A stretch of 64,000 nt of DNA from assembly GCA_965153285.1 (NCBI GenBank), contig OZ229122.1. The stretch is one strand, 5' to 3'. Of the stretch, positions 34,956 through 48,547 are shown piece after piece. How positions within the stretch are numbered: position 1 is the stretch's first letter; each line of letters begins with the position of its first letter. The DNA comes from Podarcis tiliguerta. Taxonomy: Eukaryota. The position numbers and the translations under genes are program-made. Below the pieces are notes generated by a model, which was given only the letters and a program-made list of their open reading frames with translations, had not been told where the DNA came from and ran no database searches.

Positions 34956-36290
34956 CTTTAAAAATTACTGGAGCCAATCTGCTTTTCCATAAGTGGCTTC
35001 TGTATCAATGAGGTAATGCTTAATTGACCCTATCCAATGGATCCTTCCCACAGTATTTCTTCTTATTATTATCCTGCCTTACCCCAGGTGCCTTACAAAT
35101 AAAACAGAAAATATGGACGTTAAAAGTAATGAAACACTTACAGAACTGAAACACTACAAAAATATATATTTGAAAATATAGCTAAGTGGAAGAAAACAAA
35201 ACATCACAGCACGAGCCCTTTTACCAGTCAGTTCCTAAAGACCTGCTGGAATAATTGGCCTCCCTTCTCAGTGTTGTACCAATTACACTGGCCAGAACCC
35301 CACAATCAAGTTTAATCACCTTGAGGCCTGTCTCTTGCTCCACTCTTCTGCCTACTATAATCAGAAACAAGGAGGACTAGCATCTCTATACAACAACAGA
35401 TTTTGGAAGATGGAAAATGGAAAGGCCAAGGACAAGACTACAGGCGGAGAAAGCAGCATGTAGAAAGGAGATACTGTGGTTATTGCTCAGAAAAGAAACA
35501 CATGCATCATTCCAGAACTGGCACCAATATTTATTTTATTTATTGGATTTACATCCCAGGACAGCTGACACAGTAATGGCAAAACATATTTTTAAAATCT
35601 AAAAACAGTTTAAAAACATTCTTTCAAAGTTAAAAACATTCACAATCAGTGATCAGGGTTGTCAGCAACAGTTTCCTTCTGTCATCAAATGCTTTGGTAA
35701 ACAGAATTTTTTTTAAATTTCTCGTGAACATCAATAATGAGAGAGAGCACACCTCACTAAGGAGGGCATTCCAGGGTCTGAAAAGGCCCTGTCACCGGTC
35801 AGGCCAGCACAAGAACAAAGAGCAATACTCTGGCAGGCAGGTGCTAGAATCAAACCCAGAATTGGGACCAAACTAGATTATCCAGGTGGGCTTTTGATGC
35901 TTTTCATGACTACAGTTCCCATCCTCCCCAACTACAGACCATGTTGACTGGGGCTAATGGGAATTAGAGAGTCCAACAACGTCTAGAAAGCACTGGATTC
36001 CCCATCTCTGCAGTAGAGCCTTCTCATGTTTACAGGGTATCCTGTACCAAAAGTAATCCCTGCCAGATAACTGTGCAATCTGTCCTGTTTTATAAAACTT
36101 CAAAGAAGGTTCCACACATTTTGGAATGACAATTACCCATCACAGGCATGCAAATAGCAACACATTTAAGAGGGCAAGACATGCAAATCAGGAGTGCCAT
36201 GCAATGTTGACCGCAACAGGAACAAGTTACATTGCAGTCTTAAAACGCACAATGCTTTGCAAAGCCAAGGACCATATCCAATTTAGAATA

Positions 36291-36516
36291 CAGTGGTACC
36301 TCGGGTTACAGACGCTTCAGGTTACAGACTCCGCTAACCCAGAAATAGTACCTCGGGTTTAGAACTTTGCTTCAGGATGAGAACAGAAATTGTGCAGCAG
36401 CGGAGCGGCAGCTGCGGGAGACCCCATTAGTTAAAGTGGTGCTTCAGGTTAAGAACAGTTTCAGGTTAAGATAGGACCTCCAGAACAAATTAAGTTCTTA
36501 ATCTGAGGTACCACTG
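36291..36516. mobile_element. Tc1/mariner (Tigger-like) MITE
   Basis: TA|CAGTGGTACCTC ... GAGGTACCACTG|TA, with internal repeated (c)aggttaaga motifs. Confidence 0.9.
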
Positions 36517-37999
36517 TATAGGGAAGCTGAAAAATTGCCCAAATCCATCATTTTACTCCAGCAGGCCATCATAGAACTGAAGCAGAACATGATCCCCAGT
36601 GAGCAAGGACTGCAATGAAGGAGGAATCTAATGGAAAGAGAAAGCTCTATGGGGAAAAGATATATGCAAACAACTGTTCAGTGAGAAAGCTGTATGCCAG
36701 CACGCTGCCTTAATACATAATCCCACCCCACCTAACTTGCAGGTATTTCTGCACTCTCCACTTCCAAGTATGTTGAGAGTTTTGAGAACCACACATTTAG
36801 TGAACAAATACTACAGTCAGACAAGCACTGATAACATTCTAAGAAAAGCAACTGAGGAAGGCAACTCCACCTGCAGAAAGGTGAGTGCAGAGTTCCTTGA
36901 ACTAAAGTTATTCACTGACTGACAACACATACTTCTGAAGGAGGAACAAAAAGGTGACCACACCCAGCATATGCCCAAAAGGCCATTTACAGCAAAGGGA
37001 AAGACAACATATAATCCGGAAGAGGCCCTGGTTTGGAAGAGAGCAAAAAGGAATAGAGGACTTTGGGAATTAAGCAGATGCAGTTTGCCTGTAAGCATGT
37101 CAGATTCCAAGCGCATTCAGCTCATATTCAGAGGACATACTAAAACTCCCTCAATCTTTGTGCGCATCTAAGTTTCGAGTGCCTCATTTGGAGCTTAAGA
37201 ACAAAATATTATGGGTGACACTCCAAAGAAACTCATATCCCTCCTCGTCACCAGTTCTTGTTGTGTCTGACCCTCAACATCCAGCAACTTAGAAGAATAA
37301 GGAAGAAAAAGGGCAGTTTCCTCAATGCCACACCCTCACTCACCCTCTAAATAACCTAGCCCCCTTCCACAGATACTTCTCCATGCCACCATTTCAGCAG
37401 CAAAGTATATCATGTATAGCCCTCACAAAATTCACAGCAGCTTATGTAAACCTCCCTCCCTCCTGACAGTTTGTCACCTGCTCCCATTTTATTCACCCTC
37501 AATGTATCACCCAGATACATAAGCCACCACATATTTATCTGCTTCACCTGTTCAGCTTATGTCTAAATCCTCAACCACCCGCAGACAAAAACCTCTGGCG
37601 CTGCAACACACCCCTTCCCCGGAAAGCACCTGCTCAATACCAACTACAGTATATTTCAAACCGGGCTAACCAAGCCCCGCAATGCTCTTGACCCACCTCT
37701 CCCCATAAATTCTCGCAGGCGTAACCCTCCCAATATCCCCAGCCTGTACACACACCAAGGGTCTCTCTCTCCCCTCCCCCCAACTCCTCTTTCCCAACCC
37801 CTGGCTTGAAATAACCCCAGTACCTAAACAAGCGGCGACACTGGGGGAAAATAAAATCTAAATACAATTTTCCAATCTCTCCTCCTCCTCTTCCTCCTTC
37901 CAGGCCCCTTTCTTTATACTAAATTTCTCCTGGTCAACGAATCAAAGTATCCTCTCACCTTTGCTCACCCCAGAAACCCCTCTTCTTCCCCCTCACCTC

Positions 38000-39050
38000 C
38001 CCCAGCGCCCAGGGGCTCCTACCAAATCGCCCACCCCCTTCAACAACAGGCCAATGGGGCCCACCCCTCTTCTCCCCCCCTGTTCCCAGTCCCTCCTGCT
38101 GTGCTCCCTCCTCCCGCCATCCCTTTGGTCCCTCACCGCCGAGCCCTCTCGCTCCACCCCGCCCCTGCTCGCCCACTCCCCAGCCCCGTGACCTCCGCAG
38201 GAACACGGGTCAAATGTCAAAGCGCAGCCCGCCCACCCACCCAACCACTCAGCCAAAGGCTTCTCAAGGAGGCCACGGATCCCACACCCAACCAGCCGCC
38301 CCTCGTTGTGGATTCCGCAGCCCTCTTCGCTTACCCACAAGCTCTTCTGCCTCTCTGGTCTTCTCTCTCTCTTTCTCTCTCTGCTCCGGGGCCTGCAACC
38401 CGGAAACAGCCGTGTGCCCGCCCGGCGGCCACGCAAAATGGCGTCGAAGAGCACTCCCCGGGGCCAACGCGCACGCGCAACGTGGCTCCGCCTTTTCCCG
38501 TTTGGAGTAGGTGGGAGGAAGTGAGGCTGGGTGGGTGCCTGGGTCGCCATATTAAGAAGGTCCAAGAGGCCTGAGAAGAATCGGTGCCGAGCTTGGCCAT
38601 GTTGGGAAGGGCAGTGGAAACACGAAATCACAAGACTCGCAACTTTCAGACTCGTAATTCCAGCGCCCGTGAAGGGGATTTCTCTCCCCGCCCCAATATC
38701 TCTTCAGGCACAGCAAAGGAGGATAGCGGCAGGTTTAGGCTGAGGATAACTTGTGAGTTTGCAAGAGCTGTGCAATGCACGACGCAGCCCACCGTTTTAA
38801 ACTGTACGGGGATGGATGTTGGACGGGGTTTTGCGGCAATTCTGGATTGTTTTCCACATTGCAGGTTGAAAGCCCTTGCAGGATTAGGCAGGGAAGGTGG
38901 CTCACGACAACCCTGCAATGTAGTCCGGAGGCGTTGTGTAAATTAGAAACATCTAACCACATCGAAGTAGCCACGCCGATGTACAACAAGAATCATGAAA
39001 TCATAGGGATCTCAAAGATCGCCCGATAACGTCTCCGAAAAGCGGCTATG
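38000..39050 (-). promoter_or_regulatory. WIPF2: WIPF2 CpG-island promoter
   Basis: CpG-dense. ETS CCGGAA (about 38400), YY1 AAAATGGCG (38435-38443), NRF1-like GCGCACGCGC (38469-38478), a second YY1-like CGCCATATT (about 38545-38553) and a GC box CCCCGCCCC (about 38686). Confidence 0.85.
38335..38450 (-). other. WIPF2: WIPF2 non-coding exon 1 (5' end approximate)
   Basis: Donor tgtgg|GTAAGC at 38335 inside the CpG island, with a YY1 motif CGCCATTTT at 38435-38443 near the presumed TSS. Confidence 0.7.
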
Positions 39051-39253
39051 CAGCCCCTAAAAGGTGCCTTATATTTTGTATAATACAGCGGGTGTTATAC
39101 TGCCCATTACTTTGTGCCTAGAGACTTTCTAAAGTCTTCATCTGTAGCCTGTAAATTACAGTAAATCTCGACTGCATACGGGATGTGTGTGTGTTTTGCC
39201 GCCCTCCAGTGCATGTCTGCTGAATGAAGCCTCTTTTTCCCCACTTATTAGCA

Positions 39254-39388
39254 GCTGGGCTGGCTCAGTCGGCGGAACATGAAACTCTTGATCTCAAGGC
39301 TTGTGGGTTGGGCAAATGATTCCTGCATTGCTGGGGCCTGGACTAAATGACCCTCAAGCCCCCTACCAACTCCACAAATCTATGCATT
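39254..39388 (+). mobile_element. Degenerate tRNA-Lys-derived SINE with CR1-like tail
   Basis: gctgggctggctcagtcggcggaacatgaaactcttgatctcaagg... followed by gattcctgcattgctggggcctggactaaatgacc. Confidence 0.7.
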
Positions 39389-39989
39389 TGTCTATGCAAT
39401 CTGTTGATAACAGATTGTAGAATAAGCATCATCATGATTACTGAAACAATGAAAGACAGGCTGTTGAATGAATGAATGCAGCAGACTAGTCTTGGTATGA
39501 GAATAGGGGTGTTGCTAGCATGCCCCGTTTGCATCTATGAAATGCTGGAGGACAGATGCCTTGATTAAAAGCCCATAGTTGCAAGCAGGAGGATTCCCTG
39601 TTGTGCTGGGGTTGTTCTCACACTGAGGGGCTTTGTGCTCTTAGAAGCACAGCAGTGATACCTAGGCATAATTCCTTTTCTGGGTTAAAACCAGAAGCTA
39701 GTTTCAGTCTCAAATTCAAACAGATTTATATATACGAAAGATGGATGCTCTATTATCAACTCATGGGTTGCTTCCACGTTAGAAGTTTACCTGTCTGAAA
39801 TTGCCATCCTTTGTTCACTCACATTTCATATGAAGAAGTCACAATATTGCTGCCCGCTCACTGCGTTCCACTGAATTTTGCATTTTAAACTACTCATTTT
39901 TCTTGTATCTGTTTTTTTAGATTGTATGCCTTGTGTGCAGAGCCACATACATTGATGGCACTATATAAAAGAATTTTACCTAATAATCT

Positions 39990-40078
39990 GTATAAAAGCC
40001 GACCACTGATTTTATTTTTCACAATTATTTATTTCCACCATTGGCTTCTTACCCAAGTGCTGCAGTACCAAAACAATA

Positions 40079-40109
<31 letters not shown>

Positions 40110-43100
40110 TCAACAACAGCCAGACCTCCCCCAAACAAAAAACCTAAGCTTCCCCAGAACAACACAATACATCTTACATTCCACCTCGCGGAAGCTTGTA
40201 GGGTTATATGTGTAGGCAAGCGATCCCCTCATTCCAACAGTAGAAAATTCACTGTACAATTGCCCAATGATACAAGGCTCTTCTTTAAAAAATAAATGTA
40301 CAATTCAAGAGTGTCTTGTTAAAAATATATATAAATATATACACATCCTCGCATTAGGACCTGAAACTCTCACCGGGAGAGAGAAAAAGAAATATAGACA
40401 AAAGCGAGAGACCCTGAAATGAAAAGTCCCTGAACAGAAAGCCACTAGATCAGGTATGGGGAACCTGGGGCCTTCCTGATGTTGCTGTAACCCCATCAGC
40501 CCCAGCCAACATGGCCAGCAACAATGATATATAGGAGATGAAGCTCAGAAACATCCAGATTGCCACGGGTTCCTCACCCCTGCAAAAGAGGCAACCCCCC
40601 CCCAAGACACACAAATAAAAACAACCCTTATCAAAGAGAAGGGAGGAGGTCAGCAAAGAGAAAAGCCATTTTTTTAAAAAAACGAGAGAAATTCTTTACA
40701 ACACCTGCTCTTTGATATCAATTTTTGACCTAATATTAAAGCTGTTAGAAACATGGTAGGGAAAGCAGTTCATTTCTAAAAAGAGAAGCAGGCGCCTTTC
40801 TCTCTTGACCTGAAATCCCTGCCCCCTAATCAAGAAATGTGTGGGAATGGGCTGTGGTTATTCAGTAGTGTGGACAATGCACTCTGGACTGGCTCAGAGG
40901 CATTCTTATTATTACTTCACATTTCCAGGATTAGATCATGGCACTGGAAACAAATTCCAGGGGGAACACACAGCTTTTGGGACATAGCCCTGAGATATGA
41001 TTCTTCCATGCAGAAGTTATAGGGCAAGACCAAGAGTTTTTACTCGGTATCACAGGGGTTCCCTAAGCTCAAAGCAACTTTTTAGTTGCTTTGCTCCAAG
41101 CAGTTGCTCCAAGTAGAACGAAGATAAATAATTCACCTGTGCTTCTTGAAAGATGCTAGGAGGTTCAGTACTTTTGCAAGATAGCAGGACTATCCCACTG
41201 CAACCCACTGCTGACCCTCATAATCAATTGTAGGGTGGATTACAAATTGTCTATGGGGGAAGGGCTGGGCTATATGTGTGTTTGGCAATCTGTGTCACAG
41301 AAAATTGGTTAAAACCTATTGGGAGGGTCCACTAAATTCTTGTCCCAGATTAAATAATCCAAAATAAATAGTATCTCTGGTTCTGATCTCACAATTACCA
41401 GCATGGATTAAATTCAACACTTTTGAGAACTGAAGTCTTTCTTTGAGGTCACTTGACCTTATTCGTACAGTACACTTCAAATCAACTTTTTGTTCACACA
41501 ATTGGAGGGGAAGTACAGAAAAAGATCATCCCTCTTCCAACATGCTGTTTCCATAAAAGTTTATGGAAATCTTCCCCAGTCTTCTATTAATCTCAATAGT
41601 TTATTCCAGATTAACGTGAAGATAGATTGAAATCAACACATTGCATCCTTTAAAGGCACTTTGGAGAAGTGAGAACAAAAATTGTTTTATCACTGTGTAA
41701 CCATCAAAACTGTGTGAATAACAAGGGACAATATAGTTAAGTGTTATTGTGAACGTCCCTGTGATATTATAGAGAGGGGAAACCCCACTATCCTATCCTG
41801 AGATGGAAATCTCCCTGCCCCTCCAAGGCTCTTCAAAGTTGCTGAAGGACACATCCCAGGACTCAAGAGTGACCTATATCTAGAGCCCAGTTCAAGAGGA
41901 AGAGACAATTGGTTTCTTGCCAACACTCCCCCCCCCCAAAAAATAACCTACCTAAAAATAAATTTATTCAACACAAAGAGATGTAAAAAACATTCGGACA
42001 GCAGCCAAAACCAGAAACTGTATATCTAGACTACAATTAAAACTGTCATGGCTTCCCACAAAGAATCCTGGGAATTGTAGTTTGGTGAAAGTGACGAGGA
42101 TTCTTTGTTAAGGCAGATCTTTAGCCCTAAGTCCCCGTCAGAGAACTGCAGTACTGTGGGGGCCTGAAATGACTTTTAGGCCAGTTAAGTTTGTAGCCCA
42201 TTTTATCCTCACAACAAACAGCCCTGGGAGGTAGGTTAGGCTGAGAGACAGTAACTGACCCAAAGTCACTGAGTAAGCCTGAGTGGGAATTCGAACCCTG
42301 GCCTCCCACACTCTAACCATTATACTGCACTGGCTCTGCCTCAATAAGGAACTACGACAGCCTTATACCGGTAATTTTGGTGCCTGTTTAAAGTTCCTGT
42401 AGCTTAGGTCCCAAAGAATGGAAATTGTTGAATACTGTCTTATCCGTCACAGCCAATCAAAACTGAATTTTAAGAAGACCAGGGAAAAATATTTTCCCAC
42501 TTCAGTTTACCTGGACCAGCTTTTTAAAAACAAAGCAACGTTCTGTGAGAACAGAACCAAAAAAATACTTTTGAGAGTCTCCTGTGAATTATTCTTAATA
42601 ATAATAATAATGTTTCCACATCAAACCTTTCTAATACAGAAATAAAAATGCCCACTGATAAAGAGTAGTGTAATAGGAGAAATGAAAGGTAGAAAACTGA
42701 CATTTCTTGACGTTTCTGCACACACTGCCTCTGGCAACTGTACTATGTCCGACTCATGAGACCGGAAGCTTATTTTTCTGATTCACAAAGCGTTCATTTT
42801 CAAGGACTTGTTCGATTACGGTTATAGTGGGGAGGGAAACTGCCAGAAAGGGCATTGGCAGCTAGTGTGAGTTGTCCCACAAGCAAGTCAAGATGTCCTG
42901 CTTTGTCTTGACCTCCTCCACAAAACACTGTTCCATCTGCTCGGGCCATTTTGGGTTCAGTCCTCCAAACCGCTCTACACTCTGCCGTGAAGCAAAGTGA
43001 GATAGTCACCTCAGGCAACCGATTTGGAGCGCCGTTCCAGGTGGTGGAGAGGGAAACCAACAGATGGAGGATAAGGGGCCCCAATACTCCCTGGGAGATT

Positions 43101-43609
43101 CTTCTACACAAGTCCCTCTCACGGGATGCTCTGGCGGAGTCTCCCTTCCCTTAAATGAAGCTCACACAGGAGACCAAGAGAGCTCTGCCAATGGGCAAAG
43201 GCAATAGATTTGGGGGCACGGTTAAAAGAGCAGCACATTTTTCGGTTACTTAAATAGTTGTTTGCTTTTTTACTGCTGGGGGAGGGACGAGGGGACAGGA
43301 AGGTGCTAGTTAGATTTTCAATCTCTGGCATCAAAATTATCTCGGGGCCAGCCCTGGCAGGAGAACTCTGTGGCGAATTGTGTCCCAAGCTCAAACCGTA
43401 GGAAGGCGAGGTGCTGTTTTGATTTTGCACCTCAGTCACCAGGATTTCTTGGACCAAGCTTGGCCATCCCTGCCATTTGGCGACTCCGTGCTCTCCTCTC
43501 CCAACAGGGTCAGACCCTAAGGAGGAACCCCTGTACACCCAAAAAGTGCTCGAGTATTGCGCAGAGTAAACATTCTTTGCTAGTGACGCCTGCCCTGTGG
43601 GCATCTGCC
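39990..43609 (-). other. RAPGEFL1: RAPGEFL1 3'UTR (about 3.6 kb); candidate AATAAA signals at 41963-41968, 40028-40033, 40011-40016
   Basis: Follows the stop codon. U/AU-rich terminal block (40250-40420) and paired minus-strand AATAAA near 40.0 kb. The end point is inferred. Confidence 0.55.
42200..42336 (-). mobile_element. MIR-like SINE
   Basis: ttttatcctcacaac...gaggtaggttaggctgagaga...gggaattcgaaccctgg (B box)...ctctaaccattatact (A box). Confidence 0.75.
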
Positions 43610-43734
43610 TCATTGGCTGTTGGACTCCAGCTTGTGAGAGAGCTCAAAGAGCAGGTTCTGATTGTCAATAACTTGGAACTGCCGGACGTAAGCTTTCGTC
43701 TGCAGCTGTTGGGGAGATGACTCCATTTCCAGGC
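43610..43734 (-). CDS. RAPGEFL1: RAPGEFL1 last coding exon
   Basis: ttcttcccccAG|; encodes CLEMESSPQQLQTKAYVRQFQVIDNQNLLFELSHKLESNSQ*, the RasGEF (CDC25) C-terminal helix. Confidence 0.95.
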
Positions 43735-44516
43735 CTGGGGGAAGAAGGAGAAGACAGTCATTTGGGAAGAGACACCATTCTAAAGCTAAACACAACAATC
43801 ATGCCTAGCATAAGCAGGTACTCTAAAGCAGGAACGGGGAACTGGTAGTCCACCAGATATTATTGCATTCAGTCTCCCATCATCCACACACAATATGGTC
43901 AACAGCCAGGGACCTTAAGAGCTGCAGTCCAATATACAGAGGCCCACAGATTCCCCATCTGTTCCTTAAGGAGTCCAGGATTAGCCCCACCTGATAAGAT
44001 CTTGCTGTCCCGAATTGTTTCATATTGAAGGCAGGGGAAGGAATGTGTGCCCCACGTAAAATTCCCCTCCACACCCAAGACCTGTGGATCCAAAGACTCA
44101 TGTCTGACTCTCTCTGACATGATAGTTTTGTAAGATGAAATGAGAATATGATGGGTGGGAGCATTTGCACACGATTCCCATGCCTGAAGAATGAAACGGT
44201 ACCACCCAACAATAGATACCTCAGTTATGGACCCATGCACATTTGTTTGACGCTCGTATCCCGAGGATTTTGACACTCAAACACGGCTGGCCAGACAAAC
44301 CCAGGGTGGTGTGTATTTTGCAAATCTACAGCATCGCTCAAGTATGGAAATGAGTGTGAGGTGCAGAATCTTAAGGAAATCTGCAACTCATATTTAAAGT
44401 GAAAGCAAGTTTCTTCAAAGTTGCAAAGATAGACTTAAAATGTGATATATGGGCATCGATGCCGAATGAAATCTGGTGACAGCTTGGCCAACCCCAAAAA
44501 TCTCCTCATCTCTGTT

Positions 44517-44665
44517 GCTGGGATAGTTCAGTTGGTAGAACATGAGAGTCTTAATCTCAGGGTTGTGGGTTCGAGTCCCAAATTGGGCTAAAAGATTCCT
44601 GCACTTCATGGGGTTGGACTAAATGATCCTCATGGGTCCCTTCCAACTCTACAATTCTGTGATTC
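44517..44665 (+). mobile_element. tRNA-Lys(CTT)-derived SINE with CR1-like tail
   Basis: gctgggatagttcagttggtagaacatgagagtCTTaatctcagggttgtgggttcgagtcccaaattgggc followed by gattcctgcac...ggggttggactaaatga...cccttccaactctacaattctgtgattc. Confidence 0.88.
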
Positions 44666-45179
44666 CACAATTCTGCTTTATGTAGACTGTAAGCTCTCTG
44701 GAGAAAAGACCATGCTTCTTCTATGTTCTCTATAGCAGCATTTTCCAACTTGTGGCTTGTGACCCGCAAATGGGTCACAAAGCCTGTGTGAGTGGGAGCT
44801 TCATAAGTAAACCCTAAGTAATTATTGTTTTTGATTTTTTAACAGGTATGATGAATACCTTGTGCAATTTTTTGTTTTGTTGGCTTATTACAATACTGCG
44901 TTGATGCTTGTAACTGAACATCAGAAAGGCTTAAATTTTACACCTTAACACTTGGGAACTCCTCACTGGCAGCTGGTGGCAGAGCCAATGACAATTTACA
45001 GGGAGCTGTTTTGAGTGACTATTACAACTCACCTTTGATGCCATTTGAGTAATAATAACTACTCAAAGCAACTCCATCTATGAGGACTTTATGGTGAGCT
45101 ATCCACAGATCTGCTGCCAAGGTTAGTTAATAGTCAAGCCAAGTGTGATTTAAGATTTGGTTAGCAAAAATAAGAAATA

Positions 45180-45428
45180 CAGTCGTACCTTGGTTTTTGA
45201 ACAGCTTACTTCTCGAGCGTTTTGGCTCCCGAACCCCGCAAATCCAGAAGTGACTGTTCCAGTTTGCAAACAAATTTTGGAAGCAAACGTCTGATGGGGC
45301 TTCCGCAGCTTCCAATTGGCTGCAGGAGCTTCCTGCAGCCAATCAGAAGCTGTGCTTTGGTTTCCGAACGTTTTGGAAGTCAAACAGACTTCCAGAACGG
45401 ATTCCATTCGACTTCCAATGTACGACTG
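45180..45428. mobile_element. Tc1/mariner (Tigger-like) MITE
   Basis: TA|CAGTCGTACCTTGG ... CCAATGTACGACTG|TA. The interior (cttcctgcagccaatcagaagc) is shared with 29834-30059. Confidence 0.9.
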
Positions 45429-46021
45429 TAACACCTTTACCCTATGTGTCCATAATGATCTGGGATGATGTCTGAGAACCAACAGAACTACTCGGTGGCA
45501 AAAGGCAAGCTCAGCACCCCACCCCCACAACAGTTGCTAAAATGGGTTTTATCATGAAGAAAACTATCACAAATATCCATAGTTGGTTATATCTAACATG
45601 GCTCGTGCAACTGTATGTTTTTAGAATAAATTTTTATAGCTTACAAAGCATGATTCTGCAATCTGATGGTTGGTGTTCTTATTCCCATAAACATAACTTT
45701 TTAAGTACTGCACATATTTCAACAGTTTCCACATTAATTTTTTTGCTTAGATGCCTCAAGTAAGGGTTATGAAACAGGCACATTCGCAGTTATGATGCAG
45801 AAAACTGATAGCAGCTGGAGACCTATTCATGTGACAATAAAACAGTGGGTCACCATACCAAGTGAATTTGGTCTTGTGGGTTGCCATACCAAAAAGGCAT
45901 GCAAGCACTGCTCTGCAGCACCTAGCATGCTGCTGGTACTGAGCACCTGTCAAAAAAGAGTAGCAGTGAAGTAATTGCATTGGCTTCCCTTTGCATCCTT
46001 AGTGGGGGCATGGATACTCAC

Positions 46022-46076
46022 AGAGGGGCCGGCTCCGGCACTTCCTGATTGTCCGAACTTTCTCTGCTACTGAGTG
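46022..46076 (-). CDS. RAPGEFL1: RAPGEFL1 penultimate coding exon
   Basis: 55 nt, ctcttatgcAG| to |GTGAGT. Encodes HSVAEKVRTIRKCRSRPL; absent from the ORF track. Confidence 0.94.
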
Positions 46077-46202
46077 CTGCATAAGAGAGGAGGAGAGAGA
46101 GATGTTTCATTGTCCCAGAGCACCAGACCTTCAAATCTGCAGCTGGGAATCCCTTTCTGCAAGAACCTTGGTGTTACTGTAGCTAAGATCTAAAACAGAG
46201 AG

Positions 46203-46372
46203 CAGCAGTGTTGTGCAGTGGCTAGAGTGTTGGACTAGGAGCTGGGAGACCAGAGTTCACTTCCCCGCTCACTGGGTGACCTCGGGGCAGTCATTTTATC
46301 TCAGCCTAACCTACCTCGCAGGATGGTTGTGAGGATGAAAGGGGAAGAACAAGGTTCACACACCACCTTTAG
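46203..46372 (+). mobile_element. MIR-like SINE
   Basis: gtgttgtgcagtggctagagtgttggactagg...ctgggtgacctcggggcagtca...ctcagcctaacctacctcgcagg...ttgtgaggatgaaa. Confidence 0.78.
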
Positions 46373-48547
46373 CTAAACATAAATGTCATAAATGAACAAA
46401 TGATCTGGCACTGCTTTACATCTTCCATCAATATTTACCAACTGTTCAGTAACACCATAGAGAAAATGCTAGATTTCACAGCCACAGAAACACCTAGTAT
46501 GTGAGTTGGACAGGAGACAAAAATGGATGCGTCCAAATGGTCCATTATAAAAACGTAAGAAGAGCCTGCTGAGGAGGCTGATTAAAATTTTTACTTGTCA
46601 AGAGTTGGGATTTAGGGGACTGGATAGCTCTAGGCCACTTTGCAAGGCTAGCAAAACCAGAGTTATGCAGAATAATAAAGGTGGGAAAGCTGACTAGATT
46701 CTACAAATTAAGAAAATGCACATCTTTTGCTCTGATTTGCAGAATTTATACAGGTCACAGAGTTTCGCTTTCCCGGGTGAAATGTAAAACATAATATTCA
46801 TGGAGTACACAGGATTAACTCTCAGTAGGGGAGAGTTAATATAATAAGGAAATAGCTTTTTTAAATATAGGATATATAATTTCAGTTATTCATTTGCATT
46901 AATTGGCCTATAGTTTCCAGTGTGAATAGGACAGGGATTTCAGTGAATGAAATAAATCACACTTTATTATTAATATGCGTTAAATTCATCAAAATTATAC
47001 TGTGCTAGAGGTCAGCAATTAGAGGCCCGAAGGGCAGATCTGCCCCCCTGAATAGTAGCAGCAGAACTGCTGCCAACCCAGAAGCAAAGACAGGAGAAAG
47101 AGGTGGTTCTGGAAAAAAGAACCTGTTGGCAGTCTACTTTTGAGGATGGACTATCCTTTCCACAAAGCACAGCTGTTGTAAAATTAGTTGCTGAACAGAA
47201 AACTTGGATCTCTGCACAGTTATTGTTATATGCATAAGGGCCTTGAGAGACGAAGGCTTTTCAGCAGACTAAATAAAATGCCTTTATAGCTCTGTACCAG
47301 TAGAGGGAGCCTAACACCACGCTCTCCACTGGCAGAGGTTTTATGCTGATATTATTTTCCATCAAGCTATTTGAAATTGTGTCTGCTGGATATATTGCTC
47401 CCTTTGCCACCAGATTCCAAGGAGTAAATTTAATAAGTCTGACTTTTATGCTTTTTAAAAAAGAAGACACTCTTAACTTGTTGTTAAGAGTGGGGGAAGA
47501 CAGGAAGAAACCTTTCAAACATTTTAAAAGGTAGGGGAAGGTGAGAAAAACCAAGACACTCTCTTAGGCCTCACTCATTGCACCACTTCAGGGGTACAGA
47601 AGAGGTAGCCCTCCAGGTGTTTCCAGACTACAACACCCATGACTACTGGCCATGCTACCTGGGGCTGATGGGAGTTGTAGTTCAACAACATCTGCAGGGC
47701 CACAGGTTCCCCACCCCGTGTCCAGTGGGTGTGTAAAGATACCAAAAACATTTTAAATGGGGTGTGGGGGCATGGACCACATTTTACTGTTGTATTCTGA
47801 AGCCGATTCACTTAGTTGCCGTGATTTTCTACAACACCCAGTGGTTAAAACAGTGATTTATTTTTTTTAAAAAAAACCTTTCCTGCAACCGGGTCCTCAG
47901 AAGCTAGTCAAGGGGTTCCTCAATGGGGAGATCAGTGGACAAGCTTCGCTGAAAGACTGTCTCGCTCACCTACCCCAAGCAATCCCTGCAGAAGAGAATT
48001 GGATGGTGCCCTCAGAGTTCTTGAGGGAGGCGGGCGTGGAGATGCCTCACCACCAAATGAAGAAAACCAATTAATGCCAAAATGGGCTTCTAAGCTATTT
48101 ATGAAGTACAAAAACCAGTTAGACGTGCATAATTAAAACACACAATAAAACAATCCCATTAAAACAACACATTAATTAAAGCAGGAGGCTCAGGTAAAGA
48201 GATCAAGAAAATGCCTATGTAAACAGGCATCGTCTAACCCCCCCCCCCCCCCCATCCCGGGCTTTTCTCCCTCTGCTGCTTCTCCTGCCAGGTGAGAGGC
48301 AGCACCTGGCTTGCTGTAAAAAGACAGTGCTGTTGTGCGCTGCTTCTGGCCTGTACGAATGGCTGCTTCGTGTAGAACTTTGCAACCAGCAAGTTTCTGC
48401 TCCCGGCAGCTGAGAGCATTATTCACGGAGGACAGCTAATGTTGTCATAGCTGATCTCCTTATAGAAATATGTAACTCGTCCCAAAGATCAGCCTCGCTA
48501 CACAGGGACTGGAAAACCAGCCAATCCTTTTGAAAAACGCATTTAGC

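Noticed and set aside
37955-39029. ORFs up to 212 aa over the WIPF2 promoter
   Set aside because: CpG-island artefacts; the WIPF2 coding sequence starts at 21897.
41446-41459. Perfect AGGTCA-ct-TGACCT nuclear-receptor palindrome
   Set aside because: A 2-bp spacer fits neither the ERE (IR3) nor FXRE (IR1) geometry, and there is no other support.
43119-43613. 164-aa minus-strand ORF whose ATG overlaps the RAPGEFL1 stop (ATGA)
   Set aside because: Stop-start overlap is a prokaryotic or viral coupling signature. Here it sits in a vertebrate 3'UTR with no recognisable product. Only Ribo-seq or frame conservation would revive it.
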